From the NCBI RefSeq assembly GCF_000315625.1, contig NW_005434627.1, positions 335,295-399,294 of the forward strand: DNA of 64,000 bases, given 5' to 3'. Positions 11,742-28,267 of the stretch are shown here, piece by piece; the first letter of the stretch is position 1, and the number at the start of each line of letters is the position of its first letter. The notes beneath the pieces were generated by a model. The model did not search any database, was not told the origin of the DNA, and saw only the letters and a program-made list of their open reading frames with translations. The position numbers and the translations under genes were made by a program. The stretch is from Guillardia theta CCMP2712 (Eukaryota; Protista; Cryptophyta).

Positions 11742-14700
11742 CTATTTTCTCCCGGTACCTTTCTTCTTGCTGCTTGAAAACCTGACAGACGTGTCACCGA
11801 TGACTATATGATAGGAGGAGGGTTGATGATGATGATGAGAAGGAAGAGAAGATTTAAGAAGAGAGCGAGTGCTCTTACGCTGTAGGCGTCGCGCCGAATC
11901 CAGCTCCTGGCACGTTCAGTCTCAACGACCTTGAAATCAAAGAAGGATTTGCGAAAGCAAGCATCAAAGGAGGAGCGCACGCATGCAAAGAAGAGAAAGT
12001 TTTCAACCAGTTCCGAAGGTTGAGGCGCCGAGACCCCCGAAGCCCCCGAAGCCCGCTCCTGTGCTCTGACCGGCAGCCCCGAAGCCTCCTCCTGTTGCCC
12101 CCCCCAAGGTGCTGCCCCCAAACCCGAACCCTCCTCCTGTTGAGGCCCCTGCTGTTGCGCCTGCCGTCCCAAAGCTGGAGGAGGAGCCGAATCCCCCGAC
12201 CCCTCCTGTGGAGCCGAATGCTCCTCCAGTCTGGCCGAACCTTCAAAGGAGCATGTCAGCAGAAAGTAATTCTAGGATGCAGCCCATCACGTTGACGCTC
12301 CGAAACCTCCCGAAGTTGAAGCGCCGAAGGTCGACGACCCGAAAGTGGAGGCTGTGAACAAGCCTGAGAGAGCGAGAGAGCCCCGATGGAATCGCCGGCA
12401 AGGAGACAGGGAGAGAAGAGTGAAGAGGAAGGGAGAGGAACAGGACAGGACGAATAAACATGCTCCTTCACACAGGTTTACCTGTAGACCCTCCGAAGCC
12501 TCCGGATGTCGAACCGAAAGCCCCTGATGTCGAACCAAAGGGACCAGCGGCAGCCTGAGCGACAGATTAGTTGAAGGCATTGATGTGGGGGAGAGAAAGA
12601 AAGGAGCGTGTACCGTGGGTGCTGCGCCTTGTGCAGCCACTGGTGGCTTCGTGGTTGACTGCACCAGATGTGCGTCTAGTCCGATCGCTTCCTCTAGGTG
12701 CGGGCTAGCAGGTAGCATGAGCCAGCAGCTGGGGTTGCGGAGAGAGCCACCTTGCTGACGGGTGGATGATCGGATCCTCCAGGCCGATCTGAATGGAGAA
12801 AGCGAAGATAGGCTCGAGAGCGAGCTGCACGTCTCCCTCTGCAAACAGCCTCCTCAAGGTGTTGGCAACCTGTGGAATTCGTGAGCTGGGCTAACTTCAG
12901 AGCTGGTGAATGAAACCTGCGAAGACGGGAAGCCAGGCTGATCACCTTCCTCGATGCAGAAGATGACGGCGTTGTCCATAGGATCCACCTGGTAGCAGCA
13001 GTCTCGTGAGTATCAACACGTTTGATCGTGTCAAACTTTTGAGCGGCAATGAAGGACGATTGTCAAAGGCAAACAACACGCAACTTCATTCCTGTTCCCC
13101 TTGTACTCTCACCTGTAATATCCTGAGCCTCTGCGTCTTAACCGTGACCTGTGCTCCCCACAAGTCAGGAATGCACCTCATGTAGTGAGTGGGTGGCCAC
13201 CTTATGGGCCAGAGCATCACGGAATCTCTCTTGATTGAATTTCAGTCCAGTCACAGAGACCTTGACATAAGGATCATGTTCACTCGTCAAACTTGACAAC
13301 CAGCCTCCACCTGCAGTATGACTTTGATCGCCTCACTCTGTGAGAAGACGTCTCTGGCATGAGGGTCGTAGGTTCGAGCAAGGGACATGAACAGCTCCCT
13401 GCTCCTCTCCGCCTGCAAGGAAGGTGAGGATCAGGCGTCAACCCCTCCATATGGGGAGGACCTGAGAGTGAAGTGCAGCAACTTTGGCGCTCATCGCGTT
13501 CCAGAAGCTTTCTGACTGCCAGAAAACCTGCAACATATATCATAAGACGGGAAGAGTCGTCACCGTCCCATCTCACCTGCTCGATGAGTTCTGGCGGGTA
13601 CGATGAAGGTCTTGCGATGGAGCCTTCCAGGATCTCCTCCAGGTCAACCATGACGGCCTTTGTCAAGGAAAGTCAAAGCAGTTAGAATACTTCATGAAGT
13701 TTGACAACCTCCATCTCGTGACTTGACTCCTCCAGGTCCGATGCGAGGTCAGCAAAATACTGCCAGCAACTTCCCTGCGTCCTTCCACCAACGCCATGGC
13801 CCCAGTGTGCAACTAAGGGATTCTTGAGCTGAACACCAAGGGCGAACAGCTACATACCTCCGTGATGATGAAGATTTGAGCGAAGAGTCTGCATGTATCT
13901 CGAGTTACGATCAACTTCTTGCTGCAGCTTGTCCAGATGCCTGGTAGGGACGAGCAGTCAGCCGCACAACATCGAGATGCTGACTCCTTGATACCTTCTG
14001 TCATACTTGAGCGATGCCTTTAGAGCTGACAACCTATAGAGAGACTGAGAGGGCATGCATGCGATAAAAGATGCGGATACCAATGCCGCAGCCGTGAAGC
14101 ATTTCTTCGGACGTCTGCTGCCTTGTCATTCAAGCCTGGCAGCTTCGTCAATGACTGGAACTAAACGACTCAAACATCACTCGTCTCCCTATTCGTGTTC
14201 GAAGCCTCACGTCCTGAAGGTATGCCATGTAACGAATTCCCTGGTTCCATCGGAATCACCTGTCTGGAATCGTGCTTGTCCATTTTGCCTTCGGTGAAGA
14301 ATGTCCCAAATTTCCTGGTGCAATGTTAATGACTTCGGGTCACACTTCCAAAAGCAAGGGTGACCTGCGCCTGCTGTTTGCACTCATTTACATGTTTCTG
14401 GTGTTGTTTTATCTTGGCCTGGAGAACCAATCAGCATGTTCTCAGCTAGCAGATAAGGTCTACTTGAACAAGAGGCGGCATGTGTTTGAACTGCGTCCTC
14501 CATGTGATGTTCTTTGGGGGCTGAGGGCAGAAAAAGTCAATCATGGCTCATGAGCCCTGGTAGAGTTGCCAACCTGCTCTCCATGCGTCTTCCAGGAAGA
14601 TGCCTGCGCTGCCTGACAAGTCCAACCACATCATATCATTCGCCACACTCCAACAAGAGGAAAAATCCACCTGCGGGTTGGCCATGGCAGCCCCTGGCTG

Positions 14701-15395
14701 ACCCCCGAAGCCCCCGCCGAAGCCCGATCCCCCAGAGCCGAACATTCCAGGAGACGAAGAGGCACCTGTAGTGCCTCCGAACCCGAAGGATCCGAACCCA
14801 GGTTTAGCAGCTGTGGACGGAGAGCCGAACCCTCCGAACCCTCCTCCTGTGCTGGGGGCCCCGAAGCCTCCACCCGTATTTGCCCCGAATCCCCCGAAGC
14901 CTCCACCCGTATTTGCCCCGAATCCCCCGAAGCCTCCACCCGTGCTCGGAGCACCAAACCCTCCTCCTGTACTCGCTCCGAATCCCCCGAAGCCTCCTCC
15001 TGTACTGGGAGCTCCGAAGCCTCCTCCTGTGCTGGGAGCTCCGAAGCCTCCTCCTGTGCTCTGCGTTGCACCAAACCCCCCGAACCCCCCCCCGGTGCTC
15101 GGTGCCCCAAAACCTCCTCCTGTACTCGCTCCGAAGCCCCCGAAGCCCCCACCTGTGCTTGGAGCTCCAAACCCTCCTCCTGTGCTCTGAGTGGCACCGA
15201 AGGCTCCGAAGCCTGTAGACGTTTGCTGCCCTGTGCTGGCGGATGCGAAAGAAAACGAAGATGAGGACGTCGCTCCCCCGAACCCGAACCCGCCGCCGGT
15301 GCTGGACTGGGGCTATGATAGATATAGTGAACAAACCCGTCAGGAGAGCGCAAGAGAATTGAACCTCAACTCACCTTAGAGAACCCGAAATTCAT
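11742..15395 (-). CDS. FG-repeat nucleoporin, Nup58/Nup49-like (multi-exon)
   Basis: Starts MNFGFSK|GTGAG. GFG/FG repeats at ~14690-15310 and ~12010-12550 (the Pro-rich + strand ORFs are their antisense). Central coiled coil HLDKLQQEVDRNSRYMQTL...YFADLASDLEESSHEME...VDLEEILE resembles the Nup58/49 helix. Basic C-terminus FSSSKKKGTGRK*. Confidence 0.65.
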
Positions 15396-15736
15396 GGTGC
15401 TTCTAGTCTCCCTTCAACCGTGCGACGAAAATCCCTTGCTCTTGCTGTGCAATTACCGTCCTAAGGTCTTCACCTAGACATGTAGCGACTAAAGGCAAAG
15501 TCAGAGCATTCAATGGCATGCAATCTCTTCCGCAAGCTCCTCCTTGCAAACCCCTCAGCCACTCCCCTCTCCACCTCCACAGTCCTGCATCTTGGTTGAC
15601 AAGGCTCAAGATTTGAATCTTTATCTTCTTATCTTGTCCGACCCCTGCCAAACAACATCCCCATAGGGCTATCTGCTGTCCAGACATGAGCGTTGCACGG
15701 CTTCCATCCTAATCCTACCACTTCCATCCTCTCCTC

Positions 15737-15791
15737 TCGCTCCCCTCTCGCTCCCCTCTCGCTCCCCTCTCGCTCCCCTCTCGCTCCCCTC
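15737..15791. repeat. 11-bp tandem repeat (TCGCTCCCCTC)x5
   Basis: Directly visible. Confidence 0.85.
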
Positions 15792-16322
15792 CTCTTCCCG
15801 CCTGCGTGTCCCGTGCCAGTTAAAAAACGGTTAAAATATCGTTATCGGTTTTGTTCTGTGTAAGGAACATTGATTGGTGATTTGGAAGGAACAAGCTCGA
15901 AGAGACAAAGGGCAGCGCCCATGGCAAGCCACTGAATGTAAGAGGAGGGTCAAGAGGAGGAGGAGGAGGAGGTGGTGGTGGTCGAGGAGGTGGAGGAGGT
16001 GGAGGAGGTGGTGCAGGAGGAATATGTGGAGGAGGAGGCGGAGGATGTGTTGGTCTTGATGGTGGCGGAGGAGGAGGAAGCGAGGTTTTGGGGCTGGCAA
16101 TGGGAGAGACAGAGAGACGATGATGAGGGAGGGGTACAAAAATGGAATTGAAAGGCGGGGAATCATGAGCAGCATTGAGAGCAGGACAGTATTTGTGGCT
16201 TGAGGTTTCACGACCAGCTGGAAAAGGATGCTGACGACTGTGCAGACAGCTTCTCTTGCCTTCACCCGTGACAGTTGGATCCTGATCTGTACACCGACAG
16301 CAGTCAGCAGCACCAACAAGCC

Positions 16323-17223
16323 ATGGCGATGGTGAGTGTTGTAGAGACAAGAATCGAGCTTGCAACTCGTGATGGTCTCGCACAGAGAAATATCTTGGTG
16401 TTCTCCATCATCTTCACCGTCGCTGCGCTCCTTGGTCTCATTGTGAGTGCCTCTCCTCCCCGCCGCACAAGTCGCTGAGCATCATGCAGGTCATCAGCCA
16501 GCCTCAAGCGCACACGTCCGTTCTCAGAGACGCCGACGACGATGCTTTCTTCGCAGGTTGATGTGGAGGCTCACTGATGAGCTCGGTTCTGATCGATGAG
16601 TATGTGGAGCAGGGTCGCGCGAGCTCGCTCGGCAGGGGGATCGGGACATGAAGAGGAGTGGGCAGGCGATGGACTCAGGGTACCTGGTGTTTGTTCTTGA
16701 TGCCTCGATGACTCTCAATACTCAGAGACGTCCGACTGGCCATGTCGTTGAGCAAGGATGCTGCCCGGTCAGTCTCTGATATCTTGTTGGCACCTGGGTT
16801 ACTGGAGTTGCAGCGCATATCATAAGGCACTTGCCGACCGACGATACCGCACTGCGATGGCCGTGCAGAAGGAGCTGCAGGAGGCGCTCAAAGTACGAGC
16901 CTGCCTCAGGCAGTCAGAGGATGATGTCTGACGGCCCGGCATCAGGCGAAGGAGACGGAGAAGATCGAAAGGATGGACAACATGCTGGAGAGAGCGGAAA
17001 AGATCAGAGACGCTGCTGTGAGACGCGCTAACGCCTTGAAGGAGCATGTATGTTGTTTCATCTGTCCTCCTTCGTTCAGCAACCCTCTGCCAGCCTTGCC
17101 CTCTGACTGTTATCCTCAAACTCCTTGAGAAATGCGCAGTTGTTGATCTTCCTGCAGATCACACCTTCTACCATCCTCCAAACCTCAGATCATGAAATGC
17201 CGGCCAAGGGTACAAATGCATGA
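16323..17223 (+). CDS. Hypothetical multi-exon membrane protein
   Basis: Hydrophobic segment ILVFSIIFTVAALLGLI followed by a GTGAG donor, with downstream exon-like pieces. Confidence 0.4.
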
Positions 17224-17436
17224 GAGCTGCGATATGAGAATCATGACGACTTCTTTCAGACAAGTTGTCTGCTCAGATAAAGCTGTTGATGAAGAATCAA
17301 AAGCTCATTGGTATCAAACCAACTCAATTGGATGAGGATCAATCCGATTCTAGCCAACCTGTGCCCAAAGTGTTGGATTGGTATGCATTCTCAAGCTATG
17401 CTGACCTATATCTGATTTCCGTCGTCTAGTGGACCA

Positions 17437-19635
17437 TTGGCGAATGATTGCAACACCAAGCAAGGAGGAGAGTATTACATCCACAAGCAGGGCAAGACCC
17501 AGCAGGATCAGCCTCAAGCATCGAAGTCTGAAACCTCCGAAGCGAAGGCCGATGGGTCTCGAGTCTCGATGCTCTCTGCGACTTCTCGTCGCCCCAAGAG
17601 CTTTTTCAGCGGCTTCAAGTTGTTGAAGCACGTGAGCGCAGCAGAGCGACAGCATCAACGTGAAGCTCTTCTGAGCCCCAAGACCTCGCAAGGCAACTCC
17701 GATCAGTTCCTCAAGTCCCTCGCCACTGGTTTCCTCACGCCTCGCGCACATACAAGCTCGAAGGGAATGAGGGCGATGAGAGGGCAAGAGCTGTACGAGG
17801 GCTCCAAGAAGGTGAGGCGTCGGTGATGAGGCGGGTCCCCTGTAATCCTCCGCAGCTTTCGGTCCTCGCGCAGATGAACGACCTCGACGTCGAACAGGCG
17901 AAGCTGAACAAGTAGGAGACGATCGGCAGCTTGTCTTGAGCTGACCAGCCGCTGCAGGCAACGAGAAGATCTCATCCGATCCCACCTGAGTTCCGCCAAG
18001 GATCAGTGAGCGACTCATCGATCTCGCGGGAGCTGCTGACGTCTTCATTCAGCACGATCCTGGTGGATCGCATGGTGATGCAGTGGGTTCCTCGCGGAAT
18101 GCTCGCCATCCCTTCCTCGCTCAGCTTCACTCCCGTCGACGCTTCGGAGAAGTCCAACGTGAAGGCAGAGGATGCCAACAAGATTCGCGTCGCTGCCTCG
18201 GGAGTGTCCCTGGAGGAAGCGTTAGGGGAGGTGAACAAGCAGCAGGTGGCCATTAACAAGAACCGCCTGGTGACTTTGCGCTGCTGGGGATGCCATCAGG
18301 GTCTGACTAGCTGCCTATCAGGTCCTGATGCAGCAGATTCACACGTCCAACCCGAACACGCTCATTGAGGAGGCGGCAAAGGCGGGAGAGGCAGTTCCAG
18401 TTCTAGTCCAGCTGCCCTCGACTCCTGAGGTACCTTGACGAGCCTGAGGCTGCTGGATGAGTTTGAATGTGCAGGACAAGGCGAAGGATCTGAAGAGGAA
18501 GCTGTTCAAGAATCACTTCGACGAAGCGACCAAAGCCTTCGAGGTGCTTGTTCATGACAACAGCGAAAGCGCATCGGCTCATCTCCTCGGCAGGCCGCAA
18601 ACAGCGCCTTCAAGGTTGCAGCGAAGGGGGGAGCCGCAAATCCAGTGGTGGGCAAGACTGAAGTGAGCAAGGAGAGTCACAAGGCCGAGACTGTCGCTGC
18701 TGTGCCTGTGGCTGCAGCTGCTCCTGCTGCCGTCAAGAAGTCTCATGTAGTCCAGTCGGCCTTGCCGCAGGAGCCCAAGAAGGTCCAGACAGAGGAGAAG
18801 AAGCCCGAGGAGGAGCATGCGGCTAAAAGCGCAGAGAGCATCAAGAAGTCTTCGAAAGCTGAAGAAACTCAGGAGAAGAAAAAAGGGCTGGTCACGTACG
18901 ATGCGGTGAAGGCTGCTCAAGATCTCACCGGGTGAGGCATCGATGTCGCCATGCTCGCCCTCCACCTGCTCATCTCGTGGGTTCAGGTTCTTCGATGACC
19001 TCATCGCTAAGAGAGTCGCTGTTGGAGGGGTACGGCCTCCTACAGTTTCCTCCTCTCCTGCCTCTCCTGCCAGCCAGCCTGCTCGCTCCCTCGCTCCCTC
19101 GCTCCCTCCGTTCCCTGCTCACAGCGACGCAGGGCCACAAGTCCTCGCAGGCTGAAAAGACTCACAAGCATCAACTCTCTGGGCTCGAGCTGGAGAGGAA
19201 GGTGAGCAGCGTCTCGCGCATGCTTGTCTGCACCTCACAGGAAGAGCAGAAGGAGGACGATCTCATCTCGAAGCAAGAGCAGGAGGACATCAGTGGTGAG
19301 GCTGCAGGGAGATTCTTGCTTCGGCTCTGACGAGGATGGGTCAGTGGCGCAGCTGGAGAAGGAGCGGCAGTACGTGATCAAGAGCGGGCAGCCAGCGGCA
19401 TACGTGGGGAACGAGCTCAAGGTGAGAGGAGGATCGGGAAGATGGAAGGAAGGAGAGAAGATGAGACGAGAAAAGGGAGCAGATTGAGCGTTGCAGGGGA
19501 TGAGGTTGTGAGAGGGGGTGAGGGGACCGAGCCGGGTCAAGATCTTCCAGCTGTTGATTGTTGATGCTGCAGCACAAATCTGCGGAGGAGTCCAGGAAAG
19601 AGCTCAATGACTTCTATAACAGTCTCTCGCACTAA
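17437..19635 (+). CDS. Hypothetical multi-exon Lys/Glu-rich protein (start uncertain)
   Basis: Chain of coding-like ORFs (17437-17826, 18006-18368, 18645-18935, ...) separated by ~50-nt GT-AG introns, ending DFYNSLSH*. Confidence 0.55.
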
Positions 19636-19734
19636 GGACGAGAAGTGGGTCAGGATCGTGCCATTACTAGGAGACACTGCTGAGGCTGTAAAGCGTTTCA
19701 GCTCGTCTCAGCTTAACTTTAGAAACATCCAGTG

Positions 19735-20032
19735 AAAGTTTGCTACTTCTAACTGTGATCATCCGATCAGAGTCCGATCATCCGACTCAGAGTCCGATCA
19801 TCCGATCAGAGGAGTCCGGCTCAGGCAAACTTTGAAAAGTTTGACTCGACTCTGTCGGAGTGATGATCCTTTAAAAGTTGGCAGCGGCCCTCGGCCGTCC
19901 TGCGCCGTGCCGCGATAACGCTATGTCCGTCCCGTACGCAGTGGTACGGTCCTTTGACCGGGGTTCCACTCAGTATTGCCCCGGCACTGGCAAAATTTTT
20001 GCAGACTGCGGCAAAATTTTTGCAGACTGCGG
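19735..20032. other. Palindrome-dense island 2, abutting the tRNA 3' end
   Basis: CAAACTTT-GA-AAAGTTTG hairpin at 19826-19843, tandem GATCATCCGA(C)TCAGAG x3 (19757-19811), and a 21-bp duplication GGCAAAATTTTTGCAGACTGC. Confidence 0.6.
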
Positions 20033-20064
20033 GAGGTAGCGGACCTTAAAAAGGAACCGTTGGT

Positions 20065-20137
20065 TACCACCACACGGACTCGAACCGTGAATCTCCTGCT
20101 CCGTAGGCAGGCGCCTTGTCCATTGGGCCATGGCGGC
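20065..20137 (-). tRNA. tRNA-Arg (anticodon ACG)
   Basis: GCCGCCATGGCCCAATGGACAAGGCGCCTGCCTACGGAGCAGGAGATTCACGGTTCGAGTCCGTGTGGTGGTA: 7-bp acceptor stem, anticodon arm CCTGC-CTACGGA-GCAGG, T arm CACGG-TTCGAGT-CCGTG, and a downstream T5 Pol III terminator. Confidence 0.95.
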
Positions 20138-20540
20138 TTACCTACCTCGTGGAGTGCTGGTATAAGAATGACGCCATGCAGCAGTGGATGGCACGGGAAG
20201 AGGTGGAGGGAGAGACAAGGGATGGAAACGAGAGGAGACAACGGTGTAGGAAGTGAAGGGCAGGACAAGTACAGCGGGAGAGGGAGGATAGGGACACTTG
20301 AGCTTTTTCATATCAGCAAGTTAGAAGAGAAATGGATGTTGCTGCTAGCAAGGCTACTTTTAGCAGGAGAGATTTTGAGGGAGGGTATGGAGATCGGGAG
20401 GGGCGGGTAAAGTAGAGATGAGGACATATGAAATAGCGAGTAAGCTTGTAGCTCTCTTGAGTGGGTCAGTGAGTCAGTGAGATGTATGACTTCAAACAAA
20501 TATGTTTTGTTCTGATTGTTGGGAACAGGCGAAGTCGTTT

Positions 20541-21355
20541 ATGAAACCTGCTGTACCTGCTCTGCTATTCATTGACCACCTCTTCTCCTGCTATACCAGA
20601 CGCGTTCACTCTGCCGTTCAGATGAAGAGGATTTCTTACCAGGTAGGAAGCGGAAAGGTCGCCATATCCCAAGGAGACATCACCAAGTTCAAAGGCGACG
20701 CCATCGTCAACGCAGCCAACGAGCGCTGTCTAGGAGGAGGAGGGGTAGACGGAGCGATCCATCGAGCAGCAGGGGAGGAGCTGTACCAGGCCTGCCTGAA
20801 GCTCGAAGAGGTGGAGGAGGGGGTGCGATGCCCGACCGGTCAAGCCGTCATAACTCCGGGGTTCAAGCTCGACGCTAAGAACGTCATCCATACCGTAGGG
20901 CCCAACCTTTCCGGGAGAGAGGACGTGGGCAGGGCAGCGACGGACGACACGCTCCTCGAGTCCGCCTACCGCTCAAGCTTGCAGCTCGCCAACGAGGTCT
21001 TGACGTCTCCTCCTCGTTACTCGGCTGAGCCTTCCCCTGCAGCATAACCTCAAGAGCATCGCCTTCCCGGCTATCAGCTGTGGGGTCTTCGCCTACCCTG
21101 TGAAAGAAGCAGGAACGCTCTCTCACTTGTACTCGATGCGGCTGTTGGTGACGCTTGAGCAGCTGACAAGGCCATGAAGACAACCAAGGAGTACATAGGC
21201 AACTTGTCGCTGGTTGAGTTTGTTATGTTCGACAAGGTTTGTTGTGTCTGTGATGCTGCGATCTCCCTTGAGAAAGCCTTTAGGACAAGTATCTTGCGTT
21301 CAAGTCAGCAGCAGATGACGTCTTTGAATCGAAGGCGGAGGATGATGAGTTGTAA
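20541..21355 (+). CDS. Macrodomain protein (MacroD/YmdB-type ADP-ribose glycohydrolase)
   Basis: [41 protein letters not shown] and spliced [15 protein letters not shown] motifs. Three short introns. Confidence 0.9.
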
Positions 21356-21541
21356 AGGCACACTGAACTTAGAACATCGTTTTACCCACATTGACTATAA
21401 CCTGATAGAAATGAAACAACATCACATCGCCTTGACAAACATCATATCAATACAACATAAACATTCAACATAACCTCAACATAACTTCTCACAAAGAGTC
21501 TCGTCGCCTCTTCATCCCCCGACCCGACTGTTATCTTCATA

Positions 21542-23624
21542 TCAATTCTCACGAGATCGCTGGATTGCCTCTTGTAGCTCCCTCTTGAGATCGTCAGAGA
21601 GGTGCTGAATTCTTTCATCCCCCGCCACTCTGATCTGATTCAGTTCGTCCTATTCAGCACAGTAGACGTCAGCATCCCCCTTCCCCCGAACCGTCTCCCC
21701 TCCTGCACCTGAATCTTTGATAGAGATTCGCTGAAGAAGTTTGCTCCGAAGACGTGTCTTGCTGATCTTCTTGTTTCCCTTGCTGGGAGATGAAGTGATT
21801 TTGATCGCGGATTTGCTCGATAGATCGTTTCATGTGTTTCTCGAAGGTTTGCAAGGAGTCATACCTGACAAAAGTCACCTTTTGCTCGCTGCCATGGCGA
21901 TTGCCACTTACAACAAGCTGATGTCTTCATTGCGGTAAGCGAGCAGCTCTGCGCATTCTTGCCTTCGGATCGTCACCTGGTGATCGCCACAACATCTGAG
22001 TCAAAGCTCGTTGCACGCGCTGTGCTCTACCTCCTGGTCAAGCTTGCATGTTTCAGATCGCAAATCTTCCAGTTCCATGGAGATCTGAGGAATCATCAGA
22101 GTTCTCCTTTATGTTGCTTGTTGAGATGTACAGCTCTGAATGCGTCTTCTACAACTTTCTGTTTGTTCTTGAGCTCCGCAACCGTCGCTTTGGTCTCCTG
22201 GAAACCAACGCATCTTTCAATTTCACAACGGCATGTCATACGGGTGCCCTACCTCGTCCAGCAACGAAATTTTCCTCGACGCCAACGAGTCGACGAGGGA
22301 GTTATATGAGATCTATGGGACGTGGGAAACATCAACGTTGACATCAGGCGTCGCAGCCACAAACCTCATTCTTCTGCTCAAACTCTCTCGCATTGGATCT
22401 GTTCGCACTTCATTCGCACATCAAGAAACTGTTTACCTTCTCACTGCATGTCTTCAATCTCCTTAAAGTTGATCCTCATCTCCTCCAGGACCGCATCGAA
22501 ACTTTTCCAGAGCAATTAGACCAGCAAACTTCAATGCGCGGATCGCAATTCGATCCCAAACTCACTGTCGAAGTCTGCTGGACAATTTCTCATCTGCAAG
22601 CATGACGATCTCGTTGCACTGTTCCCCATGTCACTTGCCAACAACCATCACCATCTGTCTTTCCTTCTTTTCAAGACGGCTGTGCGCACTTTCTTGCTGG
22701 AAATCAGGCTGAAGAAACATGCATGACAATACGGCACACTGCGCATTCAGAAGTTAGCAAAACCTTGTAGTTGAGCCTCAGGGTCTGCCGGAGCTCGTGG
22801 ATCTGCTTCATTAATTCTACGAAGCAGTCAGAGCCACGGGTCTCATACCTGCCAATACTTACCCTCCTTCTCTAACCTGGATAGTTCGACCTCCCTTCGC
22901 AAACTGGCTCAAAGATTCAGCAAGACATTCATCAGGTCCCATCAAGGCAAGTTCGAATCACTTTCGAGTTTCATCCCGGTACTTCTTGATATCATGCGTA
23001 TTCTCTTGCAGAACTGACTTGATCTGCATTCACTCCTTGTCAACAACCAAGGGCACGGCACATATTGCTTGTGACCTCTATGATCTCGTTCAGCAGGGAG
23101 TTGGAAACCATCTCCAACGAGACGCGCAGCTCTCTCAACTTGTATCATCCAGAAACTTCAGACAAGGAGGAAATAGCTGGAGCTCAACGCAACCCCACCT
23201 CCTCGTTCTCCACTTTCACCCTCTGGCCAAGAAAAGGGTTCAGAGCTCAGTGAGTGAGAAAGTTAAACGAGCTGACGTCTTCCAACGAGTCTTCTTCATG
23301 GACAAGTGGTGGCCCTTGCTCGTTACAATCTTCTCTCGAAGTCCTGATGGAACCAACCGCATCACAGGAGAAGATGGATGCATCAGGTTGCAACCTGTGC
23401 TTCTTTGCACTCGTTGACCGCTTCCTCACTGTCTTGGTTCTACGAGGATTGTCATTCAAAACACAGCAGCAGAGAAAGAGATTGAAACCTGTCTGGCATA
23501 TCCCGGAATCTAAAACGCAATAAGTCAGAGATATCAAGTCAGGTAAAGGGGGAGTACAGCTTGGTTCCAGGAACAAGCCGTTATCGTTCTTCCTCTACGC
23601 ACCCGACCTCTCTCCATCAGGCAT
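21542..23624 (-). CDS. Hypothetical multi-exon coiled-coil protein
   Basis: Successive Glu/Gln/Lys-rich exon pieces on the minus strand with CAG acceptors and GT donors. Candidate ATG at 23624 and TGA at 21542-21544. Confidence 0.55.
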
Positions 23625-24718
23625 ACAACCAAACTCGTGGACTTCTCTTGTTTATTCTATGATCAAGAAGAGGAAACGACTCCCATCACCCCATCTTCTT
23701 CTATTCCTTCACATCGCTCCGATCCTCAACTAGGATTCTATTGACCTTCCATTCCGCGTTCTCATCCTAGGTTGTCCTCCTTCTGCCCTCTTGTACCCTT
23801 CAGACATTCATCCTCTCCTTCTCCTTCTCCTCTTCCCTCCTCTCCTCTCCTCCCCTCCCCTCCTCTCCTCCTCCTATCTCACCTGCTCTCTCTCCCGCCA
23901 TGTCGCCCCTCCTCTTTCCTGAGCGCCATTGGAATTGGGGAATATACCCCTTGCCCTGTGTCCTACCCTCACACCCTACCCCCTCGCCACCACTCCTCTA
24001 ATTGTATTTATGGCCAAACAATCTTTTGATAGGCTTCCTCCCCCCCTACCTCATTTTTCCTTTATCTCATTCGATCAATCGATGGAAGTAGGTATATATC
24101 CAGGAGATTGACCCATCACAGTCACCTCTACCCCCAGATTTCCTTCTGGACCCGTGGTCGTACCTCTATCGGGAGTGACGACCCCTACATTTCCTGGAGG
24201 AAGCGACTGCTATGCGGCTTAATGCGCGGAGCGAAGGTGAGCATGGCAACCAGTACACACAGCATCGACCCTCTCCTCCTCTCATCACTCCCTCCCTCCT
24301 CCCCTCCTGCCTGATTCTTTCCATGCATCATCGGCGCTGTCTGCCTACCCGTGTTCTCCCTCCTTCCCCCGCCTTCACGTCGAATCCACCTTCACTTGCT
24401 TCGTATCTTTCCACTGACTTGCCAACACCCACCTGCTTGTGTCTCCTTTTCTGCATGTTGAGGCCATTCTTTCCTCTCCTTCTCGAGCGGCTCTGCCACT
24501 TTCCCGTCACATGCTGACGTAGAGATCCCACATCCTTTGTTCATAGAACCTTGTTCTCCTTCGTTTCGATCAGGTTGACTTCTCTGCTCTCCACTGACAG
24601 CATGCAGCAGGACGTTCACAACAGGTCCCTGCCTCCTTCTCTTGATTCCTTCAGAACAGCAGCAGCATCTCCTCCTCTCCTCCCTCTCCCCTCCACCTGA
24701 TTTCTCTCCTCCCCCATT

Positions 24719-27579
<2,861 letters not shown>

Positions 27580-27780
27580 GAGGGGAGGATCAGCAGAACG
27601 CGATGGCAACAAGAAGAGAATAAGAGTTTCAGTATTTTTCTTGTATGGAATAGACTGTGATGTGAATTATGTCAGATCAAGCCGGAAGATATCTTTCCAG
27701 AGCTTGTAGCATCTTCTGTTCCTGTTCCATTGATTTGTTTTCATACTCCGACCTGTCCAAGTCATTGTCACTGTCATGAA

Positions 27781-27836
<56 letters not shown>

Positions 27837-27968
27837 CCACCACCACCACCACTACCACTACCTCCTCCTAAATCAAGAATCTGAACACATTGTCATCATC
27901 ATCATCGTCATCATCATCATCATCGTCATCGTCATCGTCATTGTCATCATCGTCATCATCATCGTCAT
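27781..27968. repeat. (CAT)n/(CAC)n microsatellites
   Basis: Directly visible. The poly-His, poly-Met and poly-Ile ORFs here are artefacts of the repeat. Confidence 0.9.
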
Positions 27969-27979
27969 TTTTCCAACTC

Positions 27980-28267
27980 TTACCTCACTCGTTGTATGTG
28001 GCTTCTTACCAGCTGCTCAAACTCTGTCTGTCTTGCAACACAACTAGTCAACCTGTGCTGCAGTGACATGATCTGCCTGTCCCGCGCTGCAATGTCCGAC
28101 TGATACTGTTTGATCGACTTTGCCGCACGCACGAGCTGCTTCTTGTATTCATCGCGATTCTTCTTCACCAGCATCAGCTCTATCTTGGACTTTTTCAGCT
28201 CGTGCCGCAGCATTTCCTTCTCCCCCTCGGTATCTGTCATGATCGGCGAAACTCCATGGCAGTCCAT
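27980..28267 (-). CDS. Small coiled-coil hypothetical protein (may have further exons)
   Basis: EKEMLRHELKKSKIELMLVKKNRDEYKKQLVRAAKSIKQYQSDIAARDRQIMSL has heptad character. Confidence 0.5.
   Translation of the reverse strand: MDCHGVSPIMTDTEGEKEMLRHELKKSKIELMLVKKNRDEYKKQLVRAAKSIKQYQSDIAARDRQIMSLQHRLTSCVARQTEFEQLVRSHIQRVR

Noticed and set aside
14771-15190. Pro-rich extensin-like ORF on the + strand
   Set aside because: It is the antisense reading of the nucleoporin GFG repeats.
20061-20064. Genomically encoded CCA on the tRNA
   Set aside because: An extra A separates the discriminator from CCA, so it is probably coincidental.
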